Assembly (NCBI GenBank): GCA_963703335.1
Contig: OY969812.1
Location: 972,495-1,036,494, forward strand
Direction: 5' to 3'
Length of the DNA stretch: 64,000 nt
Source: an uncultured Solirubrobacterales bacterium
Lineage (GTDB): Bacteria; Actinomycetota; Thermoleophilia; Solirubrobacterales; 70-9
The first letter of the stretch is position 1. Each line of letters begins with the position of its first letter. Shown here piece after piece: positions 17,581 through 28,585 of the stretch. A program made the position numbers and the translations under genes. Under the pieces are notes generated by a model that was not told the origin of the DNA, did no database searches, and saw only the letters and a list, made by a program, of their open reading frames with translations.

Positions 17581-19278
17581 TCAGGTCTCTTGGTAGAGCG
17601 GCCCGTCGCCGCCCTCGGGCAGCGTCAGCCGCCCGCCCTTGGCCGTGATCGCCCCGCACTGCACGCAGTTGGAAGCGGTCACATGCACATCCACCTCGGC
17701 GGCCCCGTTCTCGAGCTGCTCGTCGGGGATCTCGTAGACCTGGGCCGGGCACATCGAGACCCAGGTCTGGGCGATCTCGCGCGGCACCTTGGTCTGGATG
17801 CGGACGTGGTTGGGCGCGTCGTCGCGGGTCGCGTTGCCGGAGAGGAAGACGGAGTCGAGCTTGGCGAAGGTGAGCTCGTTGTCGGGCTTGACGTACATGT
17901 CGCCCGCCTTGCCGAGTTCCATGTCGACCTCGGAGTCATGCTCCTGCTTCCAGTGGCCGCCGGGGAAGTTGCCTTTGGTGATCGTCATCGCCGAGGCCAT
18001 GGCGCCACCGAGGAAGAACCCTTTCGAGAAAGGCTGGCGCATGTTGCGCGATTCGTAGAGGTCCTTCTCGATCAGCGATTTGTGGACCTTCTCGTCGTAG
18101 GCCTCGAAGTTGACCGAGTCCTGCTTGAGCGACTCGACGATCGTTTCCGCCGCGTACATCCCAGCGTGCATCGCGTAGTGGACCCCCTTCAGGGTCGGCA
18201 CGTTGACCATGCTCGCAGCGTCTCCGGCGACCACCATGCCGGGCACCGCGAGGCGCTTGGGCATCGCGAAGTAGCCGCCCGACGGAATCGTCTTGGCCCC
18301 CCAGGCGACCCGTTTGCCGCCCTCGAGCAGATCCTTGATGAAGGGGTGGGTCTTGAGCAGTTGCAGGGCGTCGTGGACCGAGAAGGTCGCGTCGGTGTAG
18401 TCGAGGCCGGCGACGAGCCCGATGCAGAGCTTGTCCTCCCCCATCGGGTAGATGAAGCTGCCGCCGAACTCGTTGTAGCGCGGCGACTTGCGCAGCGGCC
18501 AGCCCATCGTGTGGATCACGCGGTCGAGTGGCTTGGCGACCTCCCAGACCTCCTTCACCCCGAGCTCCCAGCGCATCGGGTCGGCTCCGTGCATGTCGAA
18601 GTAGTCGTAGGCGGCGTAGGTGAGATGGCCGACGGTGCCCTCGGCAAGGACGGTCGCCTTTGCGACGACGTCGGAGCCCGGCTCGAAGTTGCCCAGCTCT
18701 TCGCCCTCCTTGCCGCGGCCGCGGTCGCCGGAGCGGATGCCCCGAACCACGCGATCTTCAACGAGCAGCTTGGTCGCAGCGGTCTCGGAGAGGATGTAGA
18801 CACCGGCCTCCTCGGCTTTGTCGGAGAGGAAGCGGCCCAGCTTTGAGACCGAGGTGACGTAGTTGCCGTGGTTGCGGAAGTTCGGCGGCATCGGCTTCAG
18901 CGGCAGCGCCGCCTTTGAGGTCAGCAGGTAGACCGCGTCCTTGGTCACCTCCTGGAAGACCGGCCACTCCTCCTTGGGAAGATCGGGGAAGAGCTCTTCC
19001 ATCGCCGAGGGCTTCATGTTCGCCCCCGAGAGCAGGTGCGCTCCCGCGACCTTGCCCTTCTCGATCACCGCGACCGGGACTTCGCCGAGCTTCTCGGTCA
19101 GCTCCGGCTCCTCCTCGAGCAGCTGCATGATCTTGTTGGCGCAGGCGAGCCCGGCGGGCCCGCCCCCGACGATCGCGATGCCGACCTCAATGCGCTCGTC
19201 CTCGGCGTCGGTCGGCGGGCCGATCACGTCGGCCGCGTCGAACGGCGGCGGGAACTCACTCGGTGCTACAGCCGGCAT
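17581..19278 (-). CDS. Electron-transfer flavoprotein:ubiquinone oxidoreductase (ETF-QO)
   Basis: N-terminal FAD motif VGIAIVGGGPAGLACA. C-terminal 4Fe-4S region CPAQVYEI...ASNCVQCGAITAKGGRLTLPEGGDGPLY. Confidence 0.9.
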   Translation of the reverse strand: MPAVAPSEFPPPFDAADVIGPPTDAEDERIEVGIAIVGGGPAGLACANKIMQLLEEEPELTEKLGEVPVAVIEKGKVAGAHLLSGANMKPSAMEELFPDLPKEEWPVFQEVTKDAVYLLTSKAALPLKPMPPNFRNHGNYVTSVSKLGRFLSDKAEEAGVYILSETAATKLLVEDRVVRGIRSGDRGRGKEGEELGNFEPGSDVVAKATVLAEGTVGHLTYAAYDYFDMHGADPMRWELGVKEVWEVAKPLDRVIHTMGWPLRKSPRYNEFGGSFIYPMGEDKLCIGLVAGLDYTDATFSVHDALQLLKTHPFIKDLLEGGKRVAWGAKTIPSGGYFAMPKRLAVPGMVVAGDAASMVNVPTLKGVHYAMHAGMYAAETIVESLKQDSVNFEAYDEKVHKSLIEKDLYESRNMRQPFSKGFFLGGAMASAMTITKGNFPGGHWKQEHDSEVDMELGKAGDMYVKPDNELTFAKLDSVFLSGNATRDDAPNHVRIQTKVPREIAQTWVSMCPAQVYEIPDEQLENGAAEVDVHVTASNCVQCGAITAKGGRLTLPEGGDGPLYQET

Positions 19279-19314
19279 CGCGCTCTCCTTTACTGAGGAC
19301 GACCGAGCTTGCGC

Positions 19315-20289
19315 TCAGCCGCCCTTCTTCGCCTTGATCGCCTCGGTCAGCTTGGGGACGATCTTGTGCAGGTCGCCGACCACGCCGAGATCCGAGAACT
19401 CGAAGATCGGCGCGTTCTGATCCTTGTTGATCGCGAGGATGTTCTCCGAGCCCTGCATCCCGACCTTGTGCTGGATCGCGCCGGAGATGCCGGCTGCCAG
19501 GTAGAGCTTCGGCGCGACCGTCTTGCCGGTCTGACCGATCTGGGCCGCGTAGGGGTACCAGCCGGCATCGACCACGGCGCGGGTTGCGGCAACCGCCCCG
19601 CCCATCGCCTCGGCCAGTTCCTCGCACTGCTTGAAGCCCTCAGCAGCACCGAGGCCACGGCCGCCGCCGACGAGGATCTCGGCGTCCTCGATGTTGACGT
19701 CGGCGCCACGCTGCTCGCCGCGCTGGACCATCTTCGCCTTGGTCGACCAGGGCGAGAGCTCGACCGCGACGTCGATCACCTCAGCCGTGCCGCCGCTCTC
19801 ATTGGCGTCAAATGCGTTGAGGCGGCCGATGATGATCCCCGGCTCGGCGACGTAACCGACGTCGGCGATCTGGGAGTCCTGCAGGATCGGCCGCTCGGCA
19901 ACGAGCTTGCCGTCGGAGACCTTGACCTCGGTGACCTCCATCGTCACGCCGGCGTTGAGGCGAGCGGTGAGACCGGCGCCGATCTCGAAGCCGAGCAGGC
20001 CACCGCCGAAGAGGGCGTAGCTGAAGCCCTCGTCACCGATCACCTTGGCCATCGCGTCGACGATCGGCTGGGCGAGGCCCTCGGGCACGTCTTTGGCCCG
20101 GTAGACCTTGGTCGCGCCCCAGTTGCCGAGAGCGGCGCAGGCATCGTCGGCGATGTCGCCGACGACCATCACGCCGGCCTCGCCACCGATCTGGCCGGCC
20201 AGCTTGGCCGCCTCGGAGATCGCACCGAGTGAGTTCTTGTTGAAGTTGCCCTCGTCGTCGTGGAGGGCGTAGGTCAGGATGCCTGCCAT
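19315..20289 (-). CDS. etfA: Electron transfer flavoprotein alpha subunit
   Basis: C-terminal FAD-binding region VGQTGKTVAPKLYLAAGISGAIQHKVGM. It lies directly downstream of etfB. Confidence 0.93.
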   Translation of the reverse strand: MAGILTYALHDDEGNFNKNSLGAISEAAKLAGQIGGEAGVMVVGDIADDACAALGNWGATKVYRAKDVPEGLAQPIVDAMAKVIGDEGFSYALFGGGLLGFEIGAGLTARLNAGVTMEVTEVKVSDGKLVAERPILQDSQIADVGYVAEPGIIIGRLNAFDANESGGTAEVIDVAVELSPWSTKAKMVQRGEQRGADVNIEDAEILVGGGRGLGAAEGFKQCEELAEAMGGAVAATRAVVDAGWYPYAAQIGQTGKTVAPKLYLAAGISGAIQHKVGMQGSENILAINKDQNAPIFEFSDLGVVGDLHKIVPKLTEAIKAKKGG

Positions 20290-21081
20290 CTAGATCAGCT
20301 TCCTCTCGTCGAGCCAAGCGACGATCTTTTCGACCGTCTCGTTGGTGTCCTCGTCCTCGATGATCTCGCCGGCCTGCTTGGCGGGCGGCGGGTTGAGGGC
20401 CAGAACCGATGTCTTGGAACCACCCTCGCCAACCATGCCGGCTTCGATGCCGACATCGCCGGTCGCCTTGGCGTCGAGGGGCTTCTTCTTGGCGCCCATG
20501 ATCGCCTTCAGGCTGGGGTAGCGGGGCTCGTTGATCGCGTCGCCGACGCTGATCACGGCGGGCAACTCGATCTCGACCGTGTCATAGCCGTACTCGGCCT
20601 GGCGCTCGCAGCGCAGCTTGCCGTCGGTGACGTCGATCTTGATCACCTGGGTCAGCGAGGGCATCTTCAGGTGGTCGGCGACGACGGCGCCGATCGTGTA
20701 GCACTCGCCGTCATCGGACTGCTGGCCGAGCAGAACCAGGTCCGGGCTCTCGGCCTCGAGCACCTTGGCCAGCGAGTAGCCGGTGGCGCAGACGTCGGAG
20801 CCCGACAGCGCGTCGTCGGAGAGGTGCACGGAGCGGTCTGCCCCGAGCGCGACCGCCTTGTGCAGAGCGCGGACCGCGGAATCGGGGCCCATCGTCACTG
20901 CGATGACCTCCTCGACCGGGATCGCGCCACCCTCCTTGATCTGCATGGCGGCCTCGATGGCGTGTGTGTCGAAGGGGTTCAGGTTCTTCTCACCGCTGCG
21001 GTCCAGGCGCATCGTGTTGGAGTCGATGCGCTTCTGAACGGCGGCGTCCGGAACCTCCTTGACCAGGACGCAGATCTTCAA
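20290..21081 (-). CDS. etfB: Electron transfer flavoprotein beta subunit
   Basis: (L)KICVLVKEVPD...LNPFDTHAIEAA. The TTG at 21081 sits 7 nt after AGGAGG. The TTG at 21087 used by the track is too close to the SD. Confidence 0.92.
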   Translation of the reverse strand: MKICVLVKEVPDAAVQKRIDSNTMRLDRSGEKNLNPFDTHAIEAAMQIKEGGAIPVEEVIAVTMGPDSAVRALHKAVALGADRSVHLSDDALSGSDVCATGYSLAKVLEAESPDLVLLGQQSDDGECYTIGAVVADHLKMPSLTQVIKIDVTDGKLRCERQAEYGYDTVEIELPAVISVGDAINEPRYPSLKAIMGAKKKPLDAKATGDVGIEAGMVGEGGSKTSVLALNPPPAKQAGEIIEDEDTNETVEKIVAWLDERKLI

Positions 21082-21124
21082 GTTCAAGCCTCCTTGGCTG
21101 TGTTCTGCTGTGTTCTCAAGCTGG

Positions 21125-21140
21125 TTGACTGACCAGTCAA
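21125..21140. promoter_or_regulatory. Palindrome TTGACTG-AC-CAGTCAA upstream of etfBA
   Basis: Perfect 7-bp arms, about 45 nt upstream of the etfB start. A tandem direct repeat GCTGTGTTCT x2 (21097-21116) lies between it and the SD. Confidence 0.3.
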
Positions 21141-21215
21141 TCAGTCTATCTATACAGGGCGCGGCGGGAGGTTAGCGGGCGCGGCGGAAAGCCGTTGCCG
21201 CGACCTGCGACGGGC

Positions 21216-21635
21216 CTAGACGTCGTCGCGCTCGGCGGCGTTCTCGCGGATGAACTCGACGATGTCGTCGGTCCCCGCGCCGGGCGTGAAAACGGCGGCG
21301 ACGCCAAGCTTTTCCAGCTCCGGGATGTCCTCGGCCGGGATCGTTCCGCCGACCGTCACCAAGACGTCGTCGACGCCCTGCTCGGCGAGCAGCGCGACCA
21401 CCTTCGGCACCAGCGTCATATGGGCGCCCGAAAGAATCGAGAGGCCAACCGCGTCGGCATCCTCCTGGATCACCGTCTCGGCGATCTGCTCGGGGGTTTG
21501 GTGAAGACCGGTGTAGATGACCTCCATGCCTGCGTCACGCAGGGCACGAGCGATGATCTTGGCGCCGCGGTCGTGCCCGTCCAGGCCGGGCTTGGCGACG
21601 ACGACACGAATCTTGCGGGCGGTGGCTGTGCTCAT
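21216..21635 (-). CDS. Methylmalonyl-CoA mutase, small B12-binding subunit
   Basis: [34 protein letters not shown] (DxHxxG cobalamin motif) and SILSGAH...GGTIP. Confidence 0.9.
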   Translation of the reverse strand: MSTATARKIRVVVAKPGLDGHDRGAKIIARALRDAGMEVIYTGLHQTPEQIAETVIQEDADAVGLSILSGAHMTLVPKVVALLAEQGVDDVLVTVGGTIPAEDIPELEKLGVAAVFTPGAGTDDIVEFIRENAAERDDV

Positions 21636-21683
21636 GCGGCGAGAAGACTAGCGCTGACTGCAGGATTAGAAGTTCAGCGGGAG

Positions 21684-22349
21684 GTGAAGCTCCGCCGCCG
21701 GCGGCTGCCCCAGTCGGCGCACGAGTTCGACACTGTCACTACGCTCGGGTGCACTATTTCCCGAAGGAAGCTACGTGCAGTCGCCATCCTCTCCAGCCTG
21801 GCCCTCCTCGCTGCGCTGCCCGCCGGCTGCGCCGCAAACGACGACCTGACCCTGGCCGACGCGCAGGCGTTCGATGCGTACCCCCTCTACTACTCGGGCC
21901 CGGAAGTAGCCGGGCTCTCGCTTGAAGCCGTAGTGCAGGGCTGGGCGACCAATCGGCATGCACGCGAACAGGGCAGGCGAAGGATCTACTGGACCTTCAT
22001 CTACGGCGACTGCACCCCTCCGCCGAGCGAGGGCGGCTGCGCCCCGCCCCTCGAGGTCCAGGTCTGGAGCGCCTGCGTGCGATCGGTCAGCCCTATCAAG
22101 GTCCGCAAGCACCACCTGTACGAGTTCCGGGGAGCAAAGGCAACCGGGGGCGGCGGCCGCTACGAAGTCTCGCCAATGGAAATCTTTACCGGCCGCACCA
22201 CGATCATCGTCTTCGGCAACGAAAAGCCGCTGGTCAAGACCGCCGCTCGCGGGCTGCGAGAGGTGCACGAGGTGCAGGCGGCGTCCCGTCTTCCTCCTCC
22301 CGCGCCCGGCTCCCTCAAGGAAGAGCTGCCGTGCCAGCGCAAGCGATAG
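21684..22349 (+). CDS. Putative secreted protein or lipoprotein
   Basis: RKLRAVAILSSLALLAALPAGC signal/lipobox-like sequence. Only the 3' two-thirds of track ORF 21195..22349 can be real, because the 5' part is antisense to the MCM small subunit. The start codon is uncertain (GTG 21684 is the nearest in-frame candidate). Confidence 0.45.
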   Translation: MKLRRRRLPQSAHEFDTVTTLGCTISRRKLRAVAILSSLALLAALPAGCAANDDLTLADAQAFDAYPLYYSGPEVAGLSLEAVVQGWATNRHAREQGRRRIYWTFIYGDCTPPPSEGGCAPPLEVQVWSACVRSVSPIKVRKHHLYEFRGAKATGGGGRYEVSPMEIFTGRTTIIVFGNEKPLVKTAARGLREVHEVQAASRLPPPAPGSLKEELPCQRKR

Positions 22350-22379
22350 CGCAGGCTCAAGACCGACAGGGTCAGCGCG

Positions 22380-24002
<1,623 letters not shown>

Positions 24003-24090
24003 GCCCGGAGTCTACGGCCAGACTCGAGGTGCAACGCGCTACGGCTCTGTGACCGCCGTAACGCGTTTCACCTGCGGGCCGGGCCTGCAG

Positions 24091-24126
24091 CCTCACGGAG
24101 CCGCAACGCGTTGCGGCTCCGTGAGG
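24091..24126. repeat. Perfect 36-bp palindrome between the HAD hydrolase stop and the MCM start
   Basis: CCTCACGGAGCCGCAACG|CGTTGCGGCTCCGTGAGG, 18 of 18 complementary with no loop. A degenerate extra half-site copy, GCAACGCGCTACGGCTCTGTGACC, lies at 24031-24054. Confidence 0.6.
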
Positions 24127-24148
24127 ACCACAAAACGTTGCACTCGAA

Positions 24149-24934
24149 TCAGCGGCGGGTGGGGAAACGGCGGGGTGGCTGCTTGCGACGGGCGGCGATG
24201 CGCGAGCCGCCGAAACCGGCGACTGTCGCCAGCAGGGTGACTGCGACGGCGACGAGGCGGCGGCCGAGCTGCTCGAAGCGGAGCGTCTGCCAGCCCTCGT
24301 CGCGGGCGATCTCGGCCAGCGGCGGGTCCGGGTTGACCACGACCGGGTAACCGACCGCGCGCAGCATCGGCAGGTCGGAGATCGAGTCCGAGTAGGCATA
24401 GGAGGCGGCGAGATCGATGTCGTGCTCGGTGGCGAAGATCTGCATCGCCTCGACCTTGCCCTCGCCGTAGACGAAGGGACCGTCGAAGCGGCCCGTCAGG
24501 CTCCCGTCCTCGCCGACTTCGTAACTGGTGCCGACGCCGCCGTCCATGCCAAGCACGTTGGCCAGCGGCTCGACCACGCCGCTGCCGGCAGCACTGACGA
24601 TGAACGTAGGCCGGCCGGCGTCTTGGTGGGCGTAGACCTCGTCGAGCATCTGCGGGTAGACGCGCGGCAGGATCGCCGCCATCACCTCCGGGTTCATCCG
24701 TTCGAAGCTGCGCGCCGGGACGCCGGCGATCAATTCACGGGCGGCGCGCAGGACCTCGTGGGTCCGCTCGTCGGTCGTACCGCGCAGGCGGTAGCGCATG
24801 TGCTCGAAACCCCAGCTGGCCAGCTGGCGACGACTGACCAGCTTGTGACGAGCCGCGACGCGGGCGAACTGCATCCCGCTGGACCCCGCCATCAGGGTCT
24901 TGTCCAAGTCGAAGAAGGCCGCGGCGCGGCTCAC
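24149..24934 (-). CDS. HAD-IB family hydrolase (SerB-like) with a C-terminal hydrophobic tail
   Basis: FFDLDKTL (DxDxT) motif I, SAAGS motif II and YSDSISDLPML motif IV. C-terminal VAVAVTLLATVAGF. Confidence 0.8.
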   Translation of the reverse strand: MSRAAAFFDLDKTLMAGSSGMQFARVAARHKLVSRRQLASWGFEHMRYRLRGTTDERTHEVLRAARELIAGVPARSFERMNPEVMAAILPRVYPQMLDEVYAHQDAGRPTFIVSAAGSGVVEPLANVLGMDGGVGTSYEVGEDGSLTGRFDGPFVYGEGKVEAMQIFATEHDIDLAASYAYSDSISDLPMLRAVGYPVVVNPDPPLAEIARDEGWQTLRFEQLGRRLVAVAVTLLATVAGFGGSRIAARRKQPPRRFPTRR

Positions 24935-24938
24935 CGGA

Positions 24939-26123
24939 CTACTGGCCGTCGACCTCGATCACGATCGCATCGCCCTGGCCGCCACCGCTGCAGATCGCCG
25001 CGACGCCGATGCCGCCACCGCGGCGGCCCAGCTCGTGGACGAGCGAGCCAACGATGCGGGCGCCGGAGGCGCCGATCGGGTGGCCGAGCGCGATCGCGCC
25101 GCCGTTGACGTTGACGTTGACCTCTTCGACGCCGAGCATCCGCATCGAGTTGAGGGCGACCGAAGCAAAGGCCTCGTTGATCTCCCAGAGGTCGACGTCC
25201 TCGGGGCTCTTGCCGATCTTCTCCAGCGCCTGCTTGGCGGCGTTGGCCGGAGTTTTGGCGAGATAGGGGAAGTCATCGGCGACCGTGCCGTAGGCGAGCA
25301 CTCGTGCCAGCGGCGTGCGGCCTTCCTTTTCCGCCCATTCTTCGGAGGCGACGACGATCGCGCCGGCTCCGTCGTTGACGCCGGGGGCATTGCCAGCGGT
25401 ATGGGTGGCGTCCTCGCCACCGATTGCGCGCAGCCCGGCGAGAGTCTCGACCGTGGTCTCGGGACGAATCGCCTCGTCGGACTCGATCGTGCTCTCGCCC
25501 TTGCGCGACTTGACCGTGACACCGGCGATCTCGTCGGCGAGGCGGCCCGCCTCGGTCGCCTCGGCGGCAAGCCGGTGCGAGCGCTCAGCGAAGCGATCCA
25601 TGTCGGCACGGGTGATCTCCAGCTCGTTGGAGACCTCGCTCGCCTCGTTGATCATCTGCTTCTCGGTAAAGGGGTTAGTAAGGCCGTCGTGGACCATCGC
25701 GTCGATCGTCTCGACGTGGCCCATGCGGTAACCGAAGCGGGCCCCGGGCAGCAGGTGGGGAGCCTGGCTCATCGACTCCATGCCGCCGGTGACGGCGACC
25801 TCAGTATCGCCGGCGCGGATCGCCATGTCGGCGATGCCGACCGAGCGCATGCCCGAAGCGCAGACCTTGTTGATCGTCTCCGAAGGCACCTCCTTGGGGA
25901 TGTCGCCCTTGATCTGGGCCTGGCGCGAGGGGATCTGCCCCTGGCCGGCCTGCAGGACCTGGCCGAAAACGACCTGCTGGACCTGCTCGGGATCGACGCC
26001 TGAGCGATCGAGCGCCGCGGAGATGGCGTGGCCGCCGAGGTCGGTGGCGTCGAGGGAGGAGAGGGTTCCGCCCATCTTGCCGAAGGGCGTGCGCGCGGTA
26101 GCGAGGATGACTGTGCTGGGCAT
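24939..26123 (-). CDS. Acetyl-CoA C-acetyltransferase (thiolase II)
   Basis: INKVCASGMRS (active-site Cys), NVNGGAIALGHPIGASG and ICSGGGQGDA. Confidence 0.95.
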   Translation of the reverse strand: MPSTVILATARTPFGKMGGTLSSLDATDLGGHAISAALDRSGVDPEQVQQVVFGQVLQAGQGQIPSRQAQIKGDIPKEVPSETINKVCASGMRSVGIADMAIRAGDTEVAVTGGMESMSQAPHLLPGARFGYRMGHVETIDAMVHDGLTNPFTEKQMINEASEVSNELEITRADMDRFAERSHRLAAEATEAGRLADEIAGVTVKSRKGESTIESDEAIRPETTVETLAGLRAIGGEDATHTAGNAPGVNDGAGAIVVASEEWAEKEGRTPLARVLAYGTVADDFPYLAKTPANAAKQALEKIGKSPEDVDLWEINEAFASVALNSMRMLGVEEVNVNVNGGAIALGHPIGASGARIVGSLVHELGRRGGGIGVAAICSGGGQGDAIVIEVDGQ

Positions 26124-26249
26124 GGGGCTGCCTTTCTCTGAGTGTTTGTGCCGGGTCTCGGCTCGATCAGGGCCGCCTGGCCCACGCCCGGGACGATAGC
26201 GGGAGCGTGGGTCCAGCCGCCGTGCGCAACGTCATAGACTCGCGACTCG

Positions 26250-27686
26250 ATGAAGGTCTCCGTCAGCCAAGGTCAGATCCCCGACGTCGACGCCGATCTC
26301 CTCGCCATTGGCCTCTGTGAGGGCGAGGAGCTGCCGGGCGAGCTGGCATCGGCGAGGGGAGCCGCCGACGTCAAGGGCGGTTTCAAGAAACTCGCCACGA
26401 TCCACCCCGAGCAGCCCGCCCGGGTCCTGGTTGTGGGCCTTGGCAAGCGGGGGGAGCTGGACGCCGAGAGACTGCGGGTCGTCGCGGCTCTGGCCGCCAA
26501 AGAGGCCGGCAAGCTGAGCGCGGTCTCGCTGGCCTGGCTCCTGCCGGAGGCCGACGACCGTGACGCGATGGCCGAGGGAATCGTCACCGGCACGATCCTC
26601 GGCTCCTACCGCTTCGACCGCTTCAAGAGCGCCGACCCGGACGATCCCGAGCCTACCTCGCTCGACTCGCTGACCCTGCTGGCGCCAGAGGGCGTCGCGG
26701 GCGCTGCCGAGGCGGCGCGCATCTGCGCCGAGGCCCAGAACCGCGCTCGCGACCTGCAGAGCCTTCCCTCCAACGTCGCCACGCCTTCCTTCCTCTCCCG
26801 ACGGGCTCGTGAGGTCGCCTCCTTCCACCCCGCGGTCAGCACCGAGGTCCTCGGCCGCGAGGAGATCGCCGCCAAGAAAATGGGTGGGCTGATCGCCGTC
26901 AGCCAAGGGAGCGCTGAGGAGCCGAAGCTGATCGTGCTGCGCTACGGGGGCGGCGGTTCCGGACCCACGCTGGGCCTGGTCGGCAAGGGGGTCACCTTCG
27001 ACACCGGCGGGATCTCGCTGAAGACACCGGCTGGGATGCACGAGATGAAGATGGACATGTCCGGCGCCGCCGCCGTCCTGGAGACGGTTACGGCCGTTGC
27101 CGAGCTGGGCCTGGAGATCAACCTCCTCGCCGTGATCCCCTCGACCGAGAACATGCCCTCCGGGACGGCGATCAAGCCCGGCGACATCATCACCCAGTAC
27201 AACGGCAAGACGGTCGAGGTCAACAACACCGACGCCGAGGGCCGCCTGATCCTCGCCGACGCGCTCGCCTACGCGATCGAGCAGGGCGCCGACCGGATCG
27301 TCGACATCGCCACCCTGACCGGCGCCGTCATGATCGCCCTCGGCTCCAGCTACGCCGCAGTCATCGCCAACGACGACGAGCTGGCGGGTGAGGTCGAGGC
27401 GGTTGGCCGCGAGACCGGTGAGCTGGTCTGGCGCCTCCCGCTCCACCCCGAGTACAAGGCAATGATGAAGGGAACGGTCGCCGACCTCACCAACGCGGCG
27501 CCCAAGCGCAAGGCCGGCACGATCTCCGCCGCATCCTTCCTCGAAGAATTCGTCGGCGAGACCCCCTGGGCCCACCTCGACATCGCCGGCACCGCCTGGG
27601 ACGTCGGCCGCCCTTACACGGGCAAAGACGCCAGCGGCTTCGGTGTGCGGTTGCTCACCGCGCTGGCCCGCGAGCTGGCTGGCTGA
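26250..27686 (+). CDS. pepA: Leucyl aminopeptidase (M17)
   Basis: GKGVTFDTGGISLK and NTDAEGRLILADAL signatures. Confidence 0.95.
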   Translation: MKVSVSQGQIPDVDADLLAIGLCEGEELPGELASARGAADVKGGFKKLATIHPEQPARVLVVGLGKRGELDAERLRVVAALAAKEAGKLSAVSLAWLLPEADDRDAMAEGIVTGTILGSYRFDRFKSADPDDPEPTSLDSLTLLAPEGVAGAAEAARICAEAQNRARDLQSLPSNVATPSFLSRRAREVASFHPAVSTEVLGREEIAAKKMGGLIAVSQGSAEEPKLIVLRYGGGGSGPTLGLVGKGVTFDTGGISLKTPAGMHEMKMDMSGAAAVLETVTAVAELGLEINLLAVIPSTENMPSGTAIKPGDIITQYNGKTVEVNNTDAEGRLILADALAYAIEQGADRIVDIATLTGAVMIALGSSYAAVIANDDELAGEVEAVGRETGELVWRLPLHPEYKAMMKGTVADLTNAAPKRKAGTISAASFLEEFVGETPWAHLDIAGTAWDVGRPYTGKDASGFGVRLLTALARELAG

Positions 27687-27693
27687 AACTCGA

Positions 27694-28218
27694 TCACTCG
27701 CCGGCGTCGGAGACCCGGCGCTGCTCGTCGGCGATCACGATGTACTCCTCGACGGCCACGCGGTCCTTTGGACGATTCGCCGCGCGCTTCATCGCGATCA
27801 GGTGCTCGATCGAGGCAACCCGAATATCAAGGCCGAGAATGTCGTGAACAGAAGCCTCTGACCTCAACTCGTCGTAGCTGGGCATCCCGTCTGCATGCCC
27901 GAGGATGTCGAAATCTCCATGGCGAGTGATGAACGTGAAGTTTGAGCCGTTTTCGATCGTCTTTGCATCGAGCAGGAAGGGCAGATCGGCTGGTGCACCG
28001 CGAAGCTTGACGCCGATCTCTCGCAGCGCGTCGACCAGCCGTCCGATGTTGTCGCGGTCGCGGGCGTAGACGACATCGAGGTCATAGCTCGGATAGCTCG
28101 AGCCATGGCTGAGACCGGCCATTCCGCCGACCATGACGAAATCGACGCCGTGCCTGAGCAGCGGGGTCAAGAGAGCCCGCAGATCCGGTGGCCTGGGCGG
28201 GAGCGGATCAGGAGTCAT
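27694..28218 (-). CDS. Small nucleotidyltransferase-fold protein (candidate toxin or effector of a 2-gene module)
   Basis: FVMVGGMAGLSHGSSYPSYDLDVVY matches the minimal NTase G[GS]x9-13DxD pattern. 174 aa. 4-nt overlap with the upstream HTH gene. GC is locally lower. Confidence 0.6.
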   Translation of the reverse strand: MTPDPLPPRPPDLRALLTPLLRHGVDFVMVGGMAGLSHGSSYPSYDLDVVYARDRDNIGRLVDALREIGVKLRGAPADLPFLLDAKTIENGSNFTFITRHGDFDILGHADGMPSYDELRSEASVHDILGLDIRVASIEHLIAMKRAANRPKDRVAVEEYIVIADEQRRVSDAGE

Positions 28219-28544
28219 GCTGGATCGGTACGAACGTTGGGGCTGATCGCGATCATCTGCTCAGCCATCGCCAAGCCGTACTCGACCCGCTCGGACGGCG
28301 AGAGCTTTAGGCGCTCGGCGTTGAGCGTCCGATCGATGCCGAAGTCCCGCTTTTCGGCATTCAGGGTCAGGTTCTCCCCTAGCAGGTAGAGCAGCTCGCG
28401 CAAAGTCTCAACCGAGGGCGCGACCCGGTCCCGCTCTATCCGCGAGATCGCCGACTGCGTGGTGGACGCCCGCATCGCGAGCTGCTTCTGGCTTACCCCA
28501 TGCCTCGCGCGCGCTTCTTTGAGGAGTTGACCAGGCATATTCAT
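28215..28544 (-). CDS. XRE-family HTH protein (candidate antitoxin or regulator)
   Basis: LLKEARARHGVSQKQLAMRASTTQSAISRIERDRVAPSVETLRELL is a canonical Cro/C1 HTH. Confidence 0.8.
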   Translation of the reverse strand: MNMPGQLLKEARARHGVSQKQLAMRASTTQSAISRIERDRVAPSVETLRELLYLLGENLTLNAEKRDFGIDRTLNAERLKLSPSERVEYGLAMAEQMIAISPNVRTDPA

Positions 28545-28585
28545 GCCTGAAATATAGCAAATATGTACTTATTGCATATCTGCTA

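Noticed and set aside
21195-21683. The 5' part of plus-strand ORF 21195..22349.
   Set aside because: It is fully antisense to the B12-binding MCM subunit, which has an unambiguous DxHxxG motif. Only the signal-peptide-containing 3' portion is plausible.
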